DNA of 48,897 nucleotides, the filler included, from Circinaria calcarea (lineage: Eukaryota), in the NCBI GenBank assembly GCA_051942165.1. It is 2 parts of 2 records of this genome, joined end to end, with 100 filler letters (N's around TTAATTAATTAA, not from the genome) between each part and the next. Parts side by side here need not be neighbours in the genome. Positions count along the whole stretch, not along the records: positions 1 to 24,434 come from JAVECS010000104.1; 1 more part is not named here. One strand, given 5' to 3'. The translations under genes were made by a program, and so were the position numbers. The notes beneath the pieces were generated by a model, which worked only from the letters and a program-made list of their open reading frames with translations, was not told where the DNA came from and made no database searches. Below are positions 1 through 12,898 of this stretch, one piece after another (within the stretch, counting starts at the first letter, position 1; every line of letters starts with the position of its first letter).

Positions 1-1112
1 ACTCCGTCTGCCGGCTGCTGCTGGATGCCCATCCCAGTTGTTCCCGCCGTAATCCTTTCTCTGGAATCTTGGTTGACTGCGTCACCCTTCCGTTGCCGGA
101 GGCCTTGTTCTTCAACTTGTCTGGTCAAAGTGGCGATTTTCTCTTTGGCGGCATCATACTGCTCCTGGAGGCTTTGATTGACGGAGGTGGCGGCTTTACT
201 GATACTAGAACTAGCAGTACCGAGAGCTGTAGGAGGGGAAGCTAGGGACTTGCTATCACTGTAAGAAGGCTCCATAGAACGATCGCGTAGAGCTGCTGAG
301 TCGGGAGCTGGAGATCCAAACTGTGGAGACGGCGAGGCATATGCTGGTGGTGCGTCTTCGTGCATATGCTACAGCATTATCATTAGACACTCTAACCCGA
401 CGTTTTGAGGAACTACGGCAACTTACCATGCCATTCACGTTGTTGCGTTGTGGAGTTGAGGTTGACTCATTCCCAGGTAAGAAGGTGACACGAATCTTTC
501 GCTCCTGAATAGAACTTTTTGCGGTTTTCTCGATGTTTTGCCACTGCCATGAGTGAGCATTCATAGTATAGCCAGGCAACCGGGTCACTTACAATGGTTG
601 TGATGTTAGGAAGCTCTTGGTCAGGGGCGATGACAACAGATTGAACGAGAAATTTGTCTCGGCATCTTGCATCAAGGGGAGGATCTTCTTTCATTGCCTG
701 CAGCAGGACTATAGCAATCATCAGCTAACGGAAGACCTCCGGGATGCATGAACACAGACCTTGAATTTCGACATCCCTGCCCGGTTCTATGCGCCCAGAG
801 TTAGGACGGACACAGTACCTGCACGTATCTCAGTATGACACGGGTAAACTTGAAGTTGGACGCATACTGCTTTGGCGCTGTAGTCTTGACCTGGAACGCC
901 GCACACGATTAGCATCATACACCGCCGTAGACGACTAGGTATTTCACCTTGAAAGCGACAGGATCGCTATTGGGATTGCGGAGTCGCAGGACCTGTGTGA
1001 CCTCGTGTGTGAAAGGACCTTGGGTCAGTCAGCATGAGGCCCTCACTCGGATTGCTGAACTGTAGAGCATACGACGAAAGCCAAGCTCTGGCGGATCAAG
1101 TTCTACGGACAT
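1..1112 (-). CDS. SCS2: VAP/Scs2-family ER membrane protein with an MSP domain; at least 6 introns; 3' end lies outside the window
   Basis: Spliced translation [53 protein letters not shown]...CRDKFLVQS contains the VAP consensus [16 protein letters not shown]. Confidence 0.93.
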
Positions 1113-1608
1113 GGTGGTTGACGTATTGGGATGTAAGAATTGGCTATACTCCGTTATGGCATGAACCGCTCTATCGTTGGGGAGTCAGCCTCGCGCGTGT
1201 TCTAGACATCCTGACACTAAGCATGAGCAACGTACAACAGTCGATGTCTAAGGCAGGATATTGCGCAATGGTTTCAAATGGTCTGATAAGAGTAGCAGTG
1301 AAGCTGATTTAAAACGGTGGCCAGTGTACTCGGTACCTTGTGTAGGGAAGTTGCCATTGGCCCTGTGAAGCCTGTTTAGCCGCGGATCACCCATCATCAG
1401 AGAGTGACGTGGGGTCCTCGGTCTTTAGTCTCCGTGCTCTCCGATAGACCCTGGTCGTGAAACCGATGCCCTACATACCCTCATGCTGCGTAGCTGAGCA
1501 ACACTCTCTTTATTTCAACAAGAAGTGAGACCTCGCTCTAGCAAAACATCACTTGCCTCATATAACTCCTTATTTCATCCGCCTTGCGTAAGGCGTCTGG
1601 GGACCAAC

Positions 1609-2675
1609 ATGGCAACTTCATCAGATCTAGATGTCCTCATCGATATGGGCTTTGACCGAGCAAGAGCTGAGCTTGCTGTCAAGAAGTCCGGAGGCTGTAA
1701 GAGTTTCCCACGCCTCATGTGGAATGCTGCTGACGGATTTCAAAGTGCAGGGAGCTTTAGAGTGGCTGGAACAAATGCAGGACAAATCCCTCGAGGAAAT
1801 AAACACCCCCGCCTCATCTGCAAAGACTGCCGTGGAGAATAACGACGATGCTAATGCCGAACCTCCTGAACTGAAGCCTGGCGAAGTGGCCAAGAGCCTG
1901 GTCTGTAACGATTGTGGCAAGATGTTTAGAAGTGTGGCACAAGCTGAATTCCACGGCGCAAAAACTGACCACGTCAACTTCGCGGAGTCACGGTTCGAAG
2001 TACCGCCACTAACGGAGGAAGAGAAAAAAGCTAAACTTGAAGATCTACGGCGTAGACTTCTAGAGAAGCGAAGTGGTGAGTCGGAGCAGGACAAGGTAGA
2101 CAAGAAGAGGAATGAGGTAAAGCATAGAGTTGTCGCGGATTACAGGTAGCTACTGACTTAATGGTTAGGAAATCCGGCGAAAGAGTACAAAGGAGGTTCA
2201 GGATATCAAGGAAGATCTACAGAAGAAAGAGCAAATCAAGGAAGCCGCGGCGAAACGCAGGGAAAAGGTGGAAGAAATTGCTGCAAAGGAGAGGATCAAG
2301 GCCAAGATTGCCGCAGACAAGGAGGAGCGACGCTTGAAGGCGGAAAAAGACAAGGCAGAGCGTGAGGGTCGAGCAGCACCTGTCGCGCCCCCGGCTGCCT
2401 CATTACCTACCACCTCAGGCCCCACTACGTCCAAACCAGCATCAGCTTACACGGAGACGCGATTGCGTCTGCAAACTGCGGGGGGAAATGTGCAGAAATC
2501 GTTTCCGGTTGAGACTACTCTATTCGAGGTGGCTGCAGCACTCAAAGCAGAAAAGGGGATCGAGGTGTCGGACTTTGTGCAAAACTTCCCCAAGAAGACT
2601 TTTGATGAAGTCGATTTTGGTGCAACACTCAAGGAGCTTGGTCTTGTACCTAGTGCTTCGTTGATTGTGCGATGA
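1609..2675 (+). CDS. UBA / C2H2 zinc-finger / UBX domain protein (UBXN1/SAKS1-like Cdc48 cofactor); 2 introns
   Basis: N-terminal UBA (LIDMGFDRARAELA...LQGALEWLE), CNDCGKMF...H...H finger, coiled coil, C-terminal UBX (ETRLRLQ...NFPKK...TLKELGLVPSASLIV). Confidence 0.9.
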
Positions 2676-3016
2676 CCAGGGTTTGAGGGGCTTATGCATA
2701 ATGATCCGATGATTTTCATTCATGGGGTCTGCATTACATTCGTGTACCCAAGGGAAGCATCTCTGCAAGGCGTGTGGTGTTGACATCTCTAAAGATGGGT
2801 CAGGGCTACCAAGAGCATTTGCTAGCAAAAGTACTACAGATACGAATGATACATGGTTGGCACGCAACTGAACATGAATGGCAGCTGCATGCTTATAGAC
2901 ACCTGAATCTAACTGATATCGCGTATTCCACATAGTAATTCTTTGAGATAGTCCATATTTGGTGGCCTTTTGAATTTGACTGAATAGGCTAGAGACGATA
3001 ACCACGTGATAGTGTA

Positions 3017-3051
3017 ACGCGGGCTAACACGAACCCATTTTTTTGGCGCGT
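3017..3051. promoter_or_regulatory. Two MCB-like ACGCG cores upstream of RAD52
   Basis: ACGCG at 3017-3021 and CGCGT at 3047-3051, about 120-155 nt before the ATG. MBF control of repair genes is established in ascomycetes; function here is inferred. Confidence 0.4.
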
Positions 3052-3172
3052 CAAGCTACATCATTCTTGGACTATCATTAGTGATTGGAGCCTAACGTCA
3101 ATATCCAGCAATGAGGAACAACTTGACCCACTAGTATTAAATTTACTATGATAGTAGTAATTCGATTTTGCA

Positions 3173-5231
3173 ATGCCAGCGTAAGTTATCTCATCATAAC
3201 CGAAAAACATCGGCTGACTATCTAGACCTGGTGATCAACATAGAGCTACGGCGAACCCATTCGAAGAAATCAAGCCTCACATTGGGGAGTACACCGCACA
3301 GGAGATCGCAACCTTACAGAGTCGTTTGGAGAAGCAGCTGGGACCGGAATATATATCGTCAAGGCCAGGTGCTGCAGGTCAGAAGGTGCACTACCTGGCG
3401 GCAGAGAAATGCATCAACCTTGCCAACGACGTTTTCGGCTTCAACGGTTGGTCCAGTGGGATACAACAGATTCAGGTCGACTTTGTGAGCGCAAGGTTAC
3501 GTCGGGCTTGCTGGGGTTCTACTGACGATGTGGCAAGGTTGAGGAGAGTCAGAGCACAGGAAAAATTAGCTTGGGATTATCGGTCATTGTCAGGGTGACT
3601 TTGCGAGACGGGACGTTCCACGAGGTAACTTTGGCAATTGGCCTTTCCGCAGATATCTGGCTCATAAGGTTGCAGGACGTTGGCTACGGTCACATTGAGA
3701 ACTGCAAAGGCAAAGCTGCAGCCTTCGAAAAGGCCAAGAAAGAAGGCACTACCGATGGATTAAAGAGGGCTCTTCGAAATTTTGGAAATATCCTTGGGAA
3801 TTGCATCTACGATAAGGATTACCTGGCAAAAGTGACCAAGTTGAAGATCGCTCCGGTACCTAAAACATGCTTGATAGACATCACGACAGTGAAGCTAACG
3901 CATAAAGTAGTCAAAATGGGACGCAGGCAACCTTCACAGGCATCCAGATTATGCACCTATCAAGAAAGAGCCTGATGCTGATGTCGATGACTCGCGAATA
4001 TCATCTTCAGATATTTGTAGTAGGCCATATCCCTATTCTGTCGTGGACCAAGACTGATTCCTTTTGTAGCTACTAGTCGGACAGCTGACGACGAATTTGG
4101 AGGTACATGAGTAGAATTTCCCAAGATATCTATGGAGACTGATTTTTCAGGTGATGACTTCGATGAAGCTGATTTTAGCGTTAACCACGGTGAGCATCCA
4201 GACGAAATCGTCCTTGATGCCAGTGTAAGGTCCGATCACTCTACGAGCAACGAAAGTCCCGTAAGGAATGGCCAGAAACCAGCCATCCGTAAGGCAGGAA
4301 ATTTGAATGCACAACCCCAAAGACCTTTAACAACCAAACCACATTCATTAACAACAGCTCCAACCACGGCGCCTCATACTCCGGTCAGTGCACGAGCCCA
4401 TAATGGGATGCCTCCCAATAGAGGCAATACAATAGCTACAGGCAAAGCCCCACACGCTTCGCAAGCACCGCAACAACAAGGCTTACCTCCAGTCAACCGA
4501 CCACCAGCTAATTCATTACAACCTCCACAATTCCAAAACCAAGCTGCACTAGGAGGCCCGCGATTACCCAACCAGTCCCCGAAACAGCAACGCCAGGCAC
4601 CCACAAGTAAACCGGCCACACATGGGAGTACACCACCTACCGATTTATCCGGGCCGTCAGTACACGAACCTACCGTTGGGTTCTTCACCGCCCGAGCAGC
4701 GGAAACCCTCCAAAACGCCTCAGCGGTACCTCCAAATGTCCCGCAGTTCAACCCCCGTCTCGAAAGTCCCTCCATACGGAAAACGGCAGGCATCGATCAC
4801 ACAAAAACCAAGCCAGTAGGCCGAGAGACAATTGGTGCCCCGCCCACAGCGATTCCAGCCGGTCCACCCGCGAGATCGAATTTTGTCAATCCGCAGGCAG
4901 ATCAGGCTCGAAGGATCGGTATGCCGGGTGCTATGGCGAGTCCACTGCAGAATCGGAATTCATACAAGCCGCCGCAAGTAATGAAGCGGCCTGCGGATGG
5001 TAGCTCTGCTCAGTACGTATATCCCTGGCAAAGTACCTCGGAGTGGACAATGACTGATAGAGCGATAGATTCTCTCGTCCTGCCCTCAACGACGTTACTT
5101 CTGTCTCTGTTAATACCTCCCTCGATATCGGCGGCGATCCTAAACGTCAGAAGGTGGGAAGTGGACCGGAAGTCGGAGCTGCTCCTGGCATTGGGAATGG
5201 GAATCACAATCCGAGTGTGGCTACGGGATGA
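3173..5231 (+). CDS. RAD52: DNA repair and recombination protein Rad52/Rad22; 7 introns
   Basis: MPAPGDQH start; [73 protein letters not shown]-terminal GFFTARAA and [16 protein letters not shown] at 5229-5231 after the last intron. Confidence 0.96.
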
Positions 5232-5621
5232 GGTCGACGCGTGCTATCTTGCTCCGAGTTTTTCTTTGTCGAGCGAACGAGCGAGCGAGCGTGCTGGATG
5301 GGTTGTTTGCATAGCGAATGGAGCTTTAGTTCGGGCGTCTGCTTTCTTTTTTTTCGGTCTCTCTCGATTTTATCGGTTGTTCGACGCTTTTGTGCCACAG
5401 ATGCCCTTTTTAGCGAGGAAGGGTGAGAAGTCTGATGGGTGTCGGGTGCGGGTACAGAAGGAGGAATTTTTTTTTATGGATATCATAGAAAAGTCAGGGT
5501 GAAAGTGAAAGTGAGAGTGAGAGTAGGGAGAGAAATTATAAACGGTATTCATTCCTTTGATTTTACCGATTTACAAAACGAGGGTCATGCATGAAACTGC
5601 CTTGCCTGTTCTTCTTGCTCT

Positions 5622-5772
5622 GGGCTAGGGCTAGGGGCTAGGGGCTAGTGGACAGAGGTCCTGGACTGGACTGGACTGGATTGGACTGGATGCAGGACGT
5701 TGTAAGTGTAGGTGTAGGACATGTAGATTTATATTCTAGATTTATATTCTAGATTCTAGATTCTAGATTTAG
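5622..5772. repeat. Cluster of simple repeats: (GGGCTAG)n, (CTGGA)n, (TTCTAGA)n
   Basis: Tandem units read directly from the sequence. Confidence 0.85.
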
Positions 5773-6412
5773 AAAGCTTGAAACTGACTAACTAACTGCT
5801 TGCTTCCATGTTTTGGATTCACTGGCTGGTTTGGCCGCCCGGGGGGGAGGGGGGGCCCGGTTTCGCTGTTACGGTTAGTATCGCTGTGCATTGCATCTTG
5901 GACTCCCCAAATTGTCGAGGTGAATTGATTACATTAGGACTATGGCGTGGTTAGTTGGGTTAGTATAGTCCACCCGTTCCGTTCTGTTCTTTTTTTAGAA
6001 AGGAAGGGAAGGGAAGGGAAGGGGCATGCATCATCGTTAGTCACTTATCACGACAAACGCTCAGAGCTATGTGGGGCTGGCTGGAATGTCCTTTTCTTAC
6101 CTCTCTCACTTTTCTTTTCTCTATATATACATAGGATTAGGATTAGGATTAGTGCATCTTACGTGTCATACATACATCGTAGCACATATTTCTCACTACA
6201 CACTTCACATACGTCTCACTACATGTACTACACTCACGACTCCAAAGGTTTCATTGATGACCGTTTTTTTCCATTTCAGCAGCAAAGGGGGGGCCAGGGA
6301 GAAACCCAAACTAGAACTAAAAAACTTTTCAAATGTACAACAGCTCACAACCATTAATGCCTGTACATTTCTTCCCCTCGAAAAGTAAATCCATCGGAAA
6401 AGATGATTTCAA

Positions 6413-6430
6413 GGGGGGGGGGGGGGGGGG
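6413..6430 (+). repeat. G18 homopolymer followed by C-T8
   Basis: Seen directly; the exact run length may be a sequencing artefact. Confidence 0.85.
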
Positions 6431-6465
6431 CTTTTTTTTGGTTTTTCATTTGGGGTATTTTCGAA

Positions 6466-7187
6466 TTTGTGACACATGAACATGGGCGAACAAAAAGAAG
6501 TCGACATCCACCAAGTCTAACTGCCACACACACTTCTCTCTAGTAGTTCTCTTTTCTGTTCGCCCATGCCGGTGTGCAAATGCTCAAGGTGTTTGGGGGT
6601 AGTGGTGAAAAAAAAAGCCTGTTGTGTGTGCCAAAGAATTATTAGGGGAAGAAATAAAGACACATCGGGGTTTTTGCACACAGCCAGGCGGGCAAGTCTG
6701 TCGAATATTTTGGCGGATAGGTAGACGAACAGTTGCGAGGCAAGTAAGTACAAGACACCGAATGATGTTGAGTAAGTGAAGAAGACACCACGGTTTTCTA
6801 GACAGCCAGGCGGGGTAAGTCTTTTGAGCCGTTTGGGTGGCTCAGATGACGAACGGTTGCCAGGCGTGCAATACCCAACATCGAGTGTGGTGTTGAGTGG
6901 ATGAAAAATTTAGAGCGTCGGCGAACGGCAACATCACCAATCTACCTTTTTCTTGTAGATCTATTTTGTTCGCCCGTGTAATGCTCATGTGTGGAGCAGT
7001 TTCTTAATGCAGAGAAAAGCTTGGGAATGGTAAGAAGCAAATCATGGTTCGATGAAAAAGGTAGGTAAAGTTTTCGAATTGTTGAGGATTCGAAGACGAA
7101 TGTTAGTGGAGCGTGCAAGTACAAAACACCGAGGGGCGTTAAGTGGGCGAAGATACGGTTTGCAAAAGTAAAACGTGCGGTTGCAAA
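6466..7187. repeat. Degenerate A-B-B-A-B repeat array with internal hairpins, downstream of the 7210-11041 gene
   Basis: CAGCCAGGCGGG at 6681 and 6803; GACGAA at 6724, 6848 and 7095, each closing a hairpin; GGCGAAC...GTTCGCC inverted arms at 6481-6568 and 6920-6974. Confidence 0.75.
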
Positions 7188-7209
7188 TCCTAAAGCTGAC
7201 GATCACGAA

Positions 7210-10200
7210 CTAGGTTCTGGAGGCCTCATTTGACTGCTCGTTATCCTTTTCTGCCTCTGCAACAGCGGTGGATGGTGAACGGCCAGTGTTATTAGCAGAA
7301 CCAGGTCCGCCATATCCAGGTCCCCCATATTGAGCTCTAGCCGCTGCGCCGGGATCGGCTGTGGCGGGAGGAACGAAAAGAGGAGCACGAGCAGAGAGCT
7401 GGTTCCCATGATCTAATCTAGGTGTAGAAGAAAGGTTAATACCTGTAGAACTCCCTCGGCATTGATGTTCTCTTGCCCCGCCACCACGGGGTTGGACGGG
7501 TGGGAAAACAGGAATACGGCTGGCGGTATTGTTTCCGCGGTTTGGAATAGATGTCTCGGGTATAAGTGGGCGATTGCTACTGGCTAGAGCTCTAGCAAAC
7601 TCATCCCTCACCGCTTCTCCGTGGTCCCTTTGAGGTTGCATAGCAATCTCAGCTTCAAGCCACGCAGGTAGTTGCTGTAGGGTGGGTCGTCGGTAGGTGC
7701 TCATACTCGGCTCATATTCTTCTGGCAATCGAGAACCTCTAGTTGTTGGAGAGCGTAGAGTCCTCTGTCTCGTGGTAGATGAAGACGCGTGAATGCTCTG
7801 AGTTGCAGGACGAGGTGCTTGGAATACTGGTGCGGATTGTCCAACCGGTCCAGGTGGCTGCGTAATGGCGCAAGGGCCTCGGCAACCTTCTGCTCCGTAG
7901 ACTGTCTGGGACACAACAGATTCACCACGGTGAACTATGGCCATGGTTTCTGTCAAAGGCGTTGGTGGATCTACGTACCGAGGCGAGGGAAGATCCTGCG
8001 TTGTTGATGCCTGGAGATGAACAGTCTGAGGCTCAGTCATTGGATTTTGGCCAGTAACTGACAAGGTAGTCGTGAACGTCGAGCTCAAAGCAAAGAGCCC
8101 CGGACGTTGCGTATACTGGCGGGTGATAGCATTATCCGGGAACGTGGGAGTTGACCTCATTCGGACGTTCGGTCTAGCAATATTACCAAGAAATGGATCA
8201 TTTGCCACGGTTGTCACTGTCGGTCGGTTTTCGATGATTGGAACCCCGTTGAGCTGAATTTGTGGCAGTTCAGGAGTTGTATGGACGCTCTCCGTACGGA
8301 GATGACTCGAACGTTGAAGGGGTCTATTAGCTGGAACGTTTGGATTACGAACGGCCTCACCGTGCACAGCACTCCCGCTCCCTTCGTCACCAATTTTTAA
8401 TTCAGCGAGCTTGTTTACAAGCTCGTCAGACTCTGCTTCTTTGACGGTGCTGCTCTTCGCCTTTTCTTCAGGCTTCTTCTGAGCTTGTTGAACGCTACCA
8501 GGGTGACCAATCGCACGGTTGTGCTCTCCGATTATCCTATCCTTCTGCTTTTGTTGGCTGTAGACATCCTCATCCTTTGGAGGATCATAGACACCAGGGT
8601 AGTGCTCTGATTGTTGTAGGTTTCCGGCTATTGGCGGACGTCCCAGAATGACTCCCTGGCCTTCAGCAACATGACTGGTCCACTCGTCGCGACGAGATTC
8701 GGCTACAGCGCCAGTAGAGGAACGGTCCGCTGTACCGTTTGGGTTTCGTACATGCGTCATCCGAGGTTTAATCGTAGTGTGCATGTCTTGTTGAATGGTT
8801 GCACCTTGGGATGCTGAAGCAGTAGAGGTTGTTTCGACATCCCCTTCAGGTCTCCCGGTATCAAGACTTTGAGTTATCACATTCGAGGCTTCGTCAGAGA
8901 TAGTTTCATCTTTGCTTGCAGTTGATACTTCATTGCTGGTTTGTCCTTCGAGTCGACTTTGTGATGGCAATGGAGTTGGTTGTGGCACCGCAGCACCAGA
9001 GTCCATTAAAGTCCTAAGTCCCATCAATCGGGCAATCGCTATTGCTGGGTCTAGTGTCGGAAGCAATTCCGAAAGTCGTATCAACTGAGCCTGCATATCA
9101 GCCATATTGGATTGAGCAGGTGCTTGAGTATTCTCGTTAACACCTCCAACCTCAGCATCAGCCTGGTAGTCTGGCTGGGTCCCTGGCTGCACCTCCAACC
9201 CAAGAAGATCAACGGAGTAGGATTTTTTAGTTTCACTCGCCGGCGGTGGGGTTTGTACCCGCAGGCCAACGGGTGCCTCATCTATTTCAGGACTGAAGAT
9301 GAAATGGGCGTCACCTGAGCACACAATAATAGTTAGTAAGACTTTAATTGAGATCGATCGGGTACATGGTGTACTTACGGTCTGTATCTTCATTATTACT
9401 GTCAGTGTCTATGAGTAACTCTAGATCTTCAGGTCCTGCGGCAGTTCCTGCAGCTGCGTTTTGGCTGGCGCTATCAGCGTCAACTAATTCGGTAATTACA
9501 AATCCTTCCGAATATCCTGCTGTAGTATTCTGGCTGGTAATATCATCATCTTGATGTGCTTCGGGTTCCTCGGATTCTTTGGACGTTGCCGCAACTGTAT
9601 TCTGGATAGCACTCTCAGACTCTTCATGTGCCTGGGATTTCTCAGATTTGTCAGAGGTCTTAGTAGCTTTAATAAGCTGAACACTATCGCCAGGCTCTGA
9701 GGCAGATATGGACGCATTCTGGCTTTCTGAGCGTGTGGTTCCTGTACATGCTGTACTTTTACCAAGTGTAGAAGCAAAACCTCTCAGAAAAGCATCGGGT
9801 GTCGCCAGCATACGCGGTGCCCATGTAGTATCCCTTTATCTTGTCAGCACTCGAAGTCCCAAATGCGAAGAAGGAACTTACTGGGATGGTCGAACTTGTA
9901 CAGGAGTAACAGTCTGTTGCCGTACAGGAGTAACAGTCTGTTGCTGTACAGGAGTAACAGCCTGTTTCCGTGCAGGAGTCACAGCCTGTTCTCGTACAGG
10001 AGTAACAGCCTGTCGCCGTGCAGGAGGAACAGCCTGTTCTCGTACGGGAGTAACAGCCCGTCGCCGTGCAGAAGTAACAGCCTGTTGCCGCACACTCTGG
10101 TTGTTGGATGATTGACCAGTAGACCTCATACTAGCTCGGGCTGGTGCACGAGGCAGAGTATGCACGTAAGATGCTACCGGTGGATGCCAATTTCCGCGAG

Positions 10201-11041
10201 TTAAGTTGCCACGGGATGCTCCTCTTCCTCGTGATCGGTCGCTCTCTCGAATTCTAGCTGCCTCTGAATTGCTAGCTGCACCACCTTGTGGTGCAGCCAA
10301 CACAATGGCCGAATCAGGAGACGTAGCCGCTGACTGCTCTGCACGAGATACCCTGTGTGGTCTGTCAGTAGTGCTGACAATGTGTCCTGTAGGATGACTT
10401 ACCTCGCAGACAAGCTTGATTGACGATCGCCACGACCGCGACTTCCAGCGGCCCCACCTCCTCGGGCCCCATGGCCGTGGCGGCCTCGAGTCGCAGGGAC
10501 AGTTCCACGCCGATCGTGTGCACGTCCCTCCTGGTCTTTATCCAAAGCAGCAAGCTTCACTTTCAAGTCGCCACGATGAGTCTGGCCACCTGCAATATCA
10601 TCGTTGGCCGTACCGTCATCTTCAAGATTACTAATAGCGGCTTAGGAAACCGAGTCAGCTCATGGAAGATCATGTAAATCTGTAATGGGAAATTCTTACT
10701 GCGCCACGCACCCAACTTCACCTTATCTTTCTGAGCTTGGTGCCATTCGGGCGATCCTTGCCGGTTGGATGCTCTGCCTTCCTCCAATGCCATCATATCA
10801 ACAGTGTGGTAATTCTCTGGAAAATCAGCCAGGAGAACAGATTCCATACGAGTATTTGAGAGGTCGGCCTATAAGTGTGATTCAGCAGTGTTCGGAGCTT
10901 GCAGGATATCTGCTCAGATAGCGTTACCATCTGTATTTGTTGTAGGCGCTGTATTTTCTTGGCCTCGACCTCAGCCATGCTACCGGATTCACCATTGTCG
11001 GGATTGTATTTGCCATCCGGCTTCTTATCCTCTTGACCCAT
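7210..11041 (-). CDS. Large, mostly disordered uncharacterised protein (over 1100 aa, about 5 coding introns, probable 5' UTR intron)
   Basis: ORFs 10793-11041, 10563-10847, 9878-10303, 9344-9811 and 7210-9393 join through canonical GT..CTRAY..AG introns. RG-rich segment, S/T/P/Q-rich body, C-terminal LSARAPLFVP motif. Confidence 0.72.
9901..10092 (-). repeat. Coding minisatellite, 8 x 24 nt, encoding QAVTPVRE-like octapeptides
   Basis: Unit CAGGAGTAACAGCCTGTYKCCGTR repeated 8 times on the plus strand. Confidence 0.92.
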
Positions 11042-12898
11042 CGTTGGTCGATGGTACGATACCTAGTCGTTGTCAGTGACCTGTCGGTACGGCATCCAAA
11101 ACCTGAAAGTCGAGAATATTAGGTGATGGGGGGTCGGTAGTGGCTCAAATGACAGCCACTTAATGAGTGTAAGTGGGTGTACTTGCTACTGTTGATGACT
11201 ATGAACATGCAGAAGCTTTGTGCCCACATGGAGTCGAAGTTAGAGATTACTCACTGTGTATGTTCTGCTGTGGACTCTGACCCGAGAGGATAATGTTGAT
11301 GCTTTTCTACCGGCCTTAATGAGCGTGATGAAATATCAGTATCGAGAAAAAGCCAAGCTGACGGGCAGGAAATGGATGAAAGGAATGAGTGTGGGCTGCA
11401 ATTCAAGCGAATGTTCAGATACAAAGGAAGTGGACTCGTTCACCGAGTGATGGAGGTGCTAGAGAGGGATGATTTCGTTGGCGGAAGAGTGGGGAAGGGA
11501 CGGAAGGTGACGGAAACACACGGGCAGTTTGTCCCATCTGGCACAATCACCACAGCACAGCCACTCATAGGAGATGATAGCAGGCTGCTATTTTCAGTTG
11601 CAGTGCCAGTCAAGAGATGTGCCCTTGCTTGAGTAGGATGTGCAGTGCAGTGTAGTGAAGTCCACCAGGGTCTCCAACCAAACTCTTGGCACATTGTGGG
11701 AAAGGTCACTTACTTTGTTCTTGTGTGCTTTAAACTCAAGAGCTGCACGTAACTTAGCGATACTCTTTGTTCTTCTCTACAGCTTGGTATTGCTTCTAGG
11801 TAGAACGGTGCAGCACACAAGGTTGAGGATCTGGTGGTGAAGCTGTGTCAACGTGGGTGAGGGAAGAGTCCTCTGGAGAGGAGCCCCAACGTGTGGGTGA
11901 CGCTCAAAAAGTAGGATAGGTCACAGATGATCTGTGATGGCTCAAGGGAATGGGTTGGGTAAGTGCATGGGAGAGAAGGTGGAGGTTGAGGGAGGATGTA
12001 TGTGTGGTGAAAGTTTAGGGAGGATGGTGAAAGAAACGGAATTAAGTAGAAGACGGGAAACGAGGTAATTTCCCAGCCAGCGTTACGCAGAACGCATAGG
12101 GCTCGTGGCAGGATCGGTCCCCCAGCCGACAGTCGATGGTTAGGCAGCCCCAGCGCTGTAACTGCCTATCACCATGATCGCTTGAGACCAAGACTGCTTC
12201 GAGTTGGTACTTCTTTGACTTTCTTTAGCCCTGACTGTAGGAACATGTGCCTCATCTCACGACTCTATGTGCATCACCCCTTTATCTGAGCTGGGGAACT
12301 CGACTGCAATGACACTCCATATCAAATGGTCTTGTGTCTCTTGAGCAATGCCAGTTCCGTGGAGGCACTCGCCGATTCAGCATCAGCCCATTTAGCATGG
12401 GCCCATCCTCATAGAACTTTGAGAGCTTTTCATAGCATATTAACCCGATAGGAAACCATGAGCAGAAGACAATCGTCGTTTCCCCACATCTTTAATCGTC
12501 TCCTTCTCAGCCGCCGAGTCTGCAAAGGAGCCCTCAACATCGATTAACAGCGTCATTGATGGACAGGGCAGATACCGTACGCGGCTCTCTAGGTGCGTTA
12601 GATTATTGTAGGAAAGGCTATAACCCACAAGAGGGCAGTCTGCAGGATTGGGTAATAGAGTAGGGATAGTACTAAAGTAAGTGAGCATTGCACCTGAAGT
12701 TACGCTGCCGTTCTCGAAGTGCAGCCATCGAATTCCAAGATGACACAGAAGAAGAGCATTTGAATACTGATTTGTTCTCTCTCCTATTACTTAGACCAAA
12801 CGACCACACATCAAATTGCGTACCTACCTCTCTTCTGTAGGCAATAATCTGTACACAAAGCAGATGCTGATTATACGAGATGTTTCCTATCTAGGCTA

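Noticed and set aside
5013..5502. Hydrophobic C-terminal extension of the RAD52 ORF (4132-5502)
   Set aside because: Artefact of reading through the last intron; the spliced frame stops at 5231.
5947..6388. ORFs of 136 and 105 aa
   Set aside because: They run through low-complexity intergenic microsatellites and have no protein-like motifs.
6681..6860. Resemblance of GGGCAA-stem-CGAA to the HDV-like ribozyme P4/J4-2 region
   Set aside because: I could not find P1/P2/P3 partners or an L3 loop in the required order, and there is no hammerhead CUGANGA core.
9901..10092. 24-nt repeat as a CRISPR-like array
   Set aside because: No spacers; it is an in-frame coding minisatellite in a eukaryotic gene.
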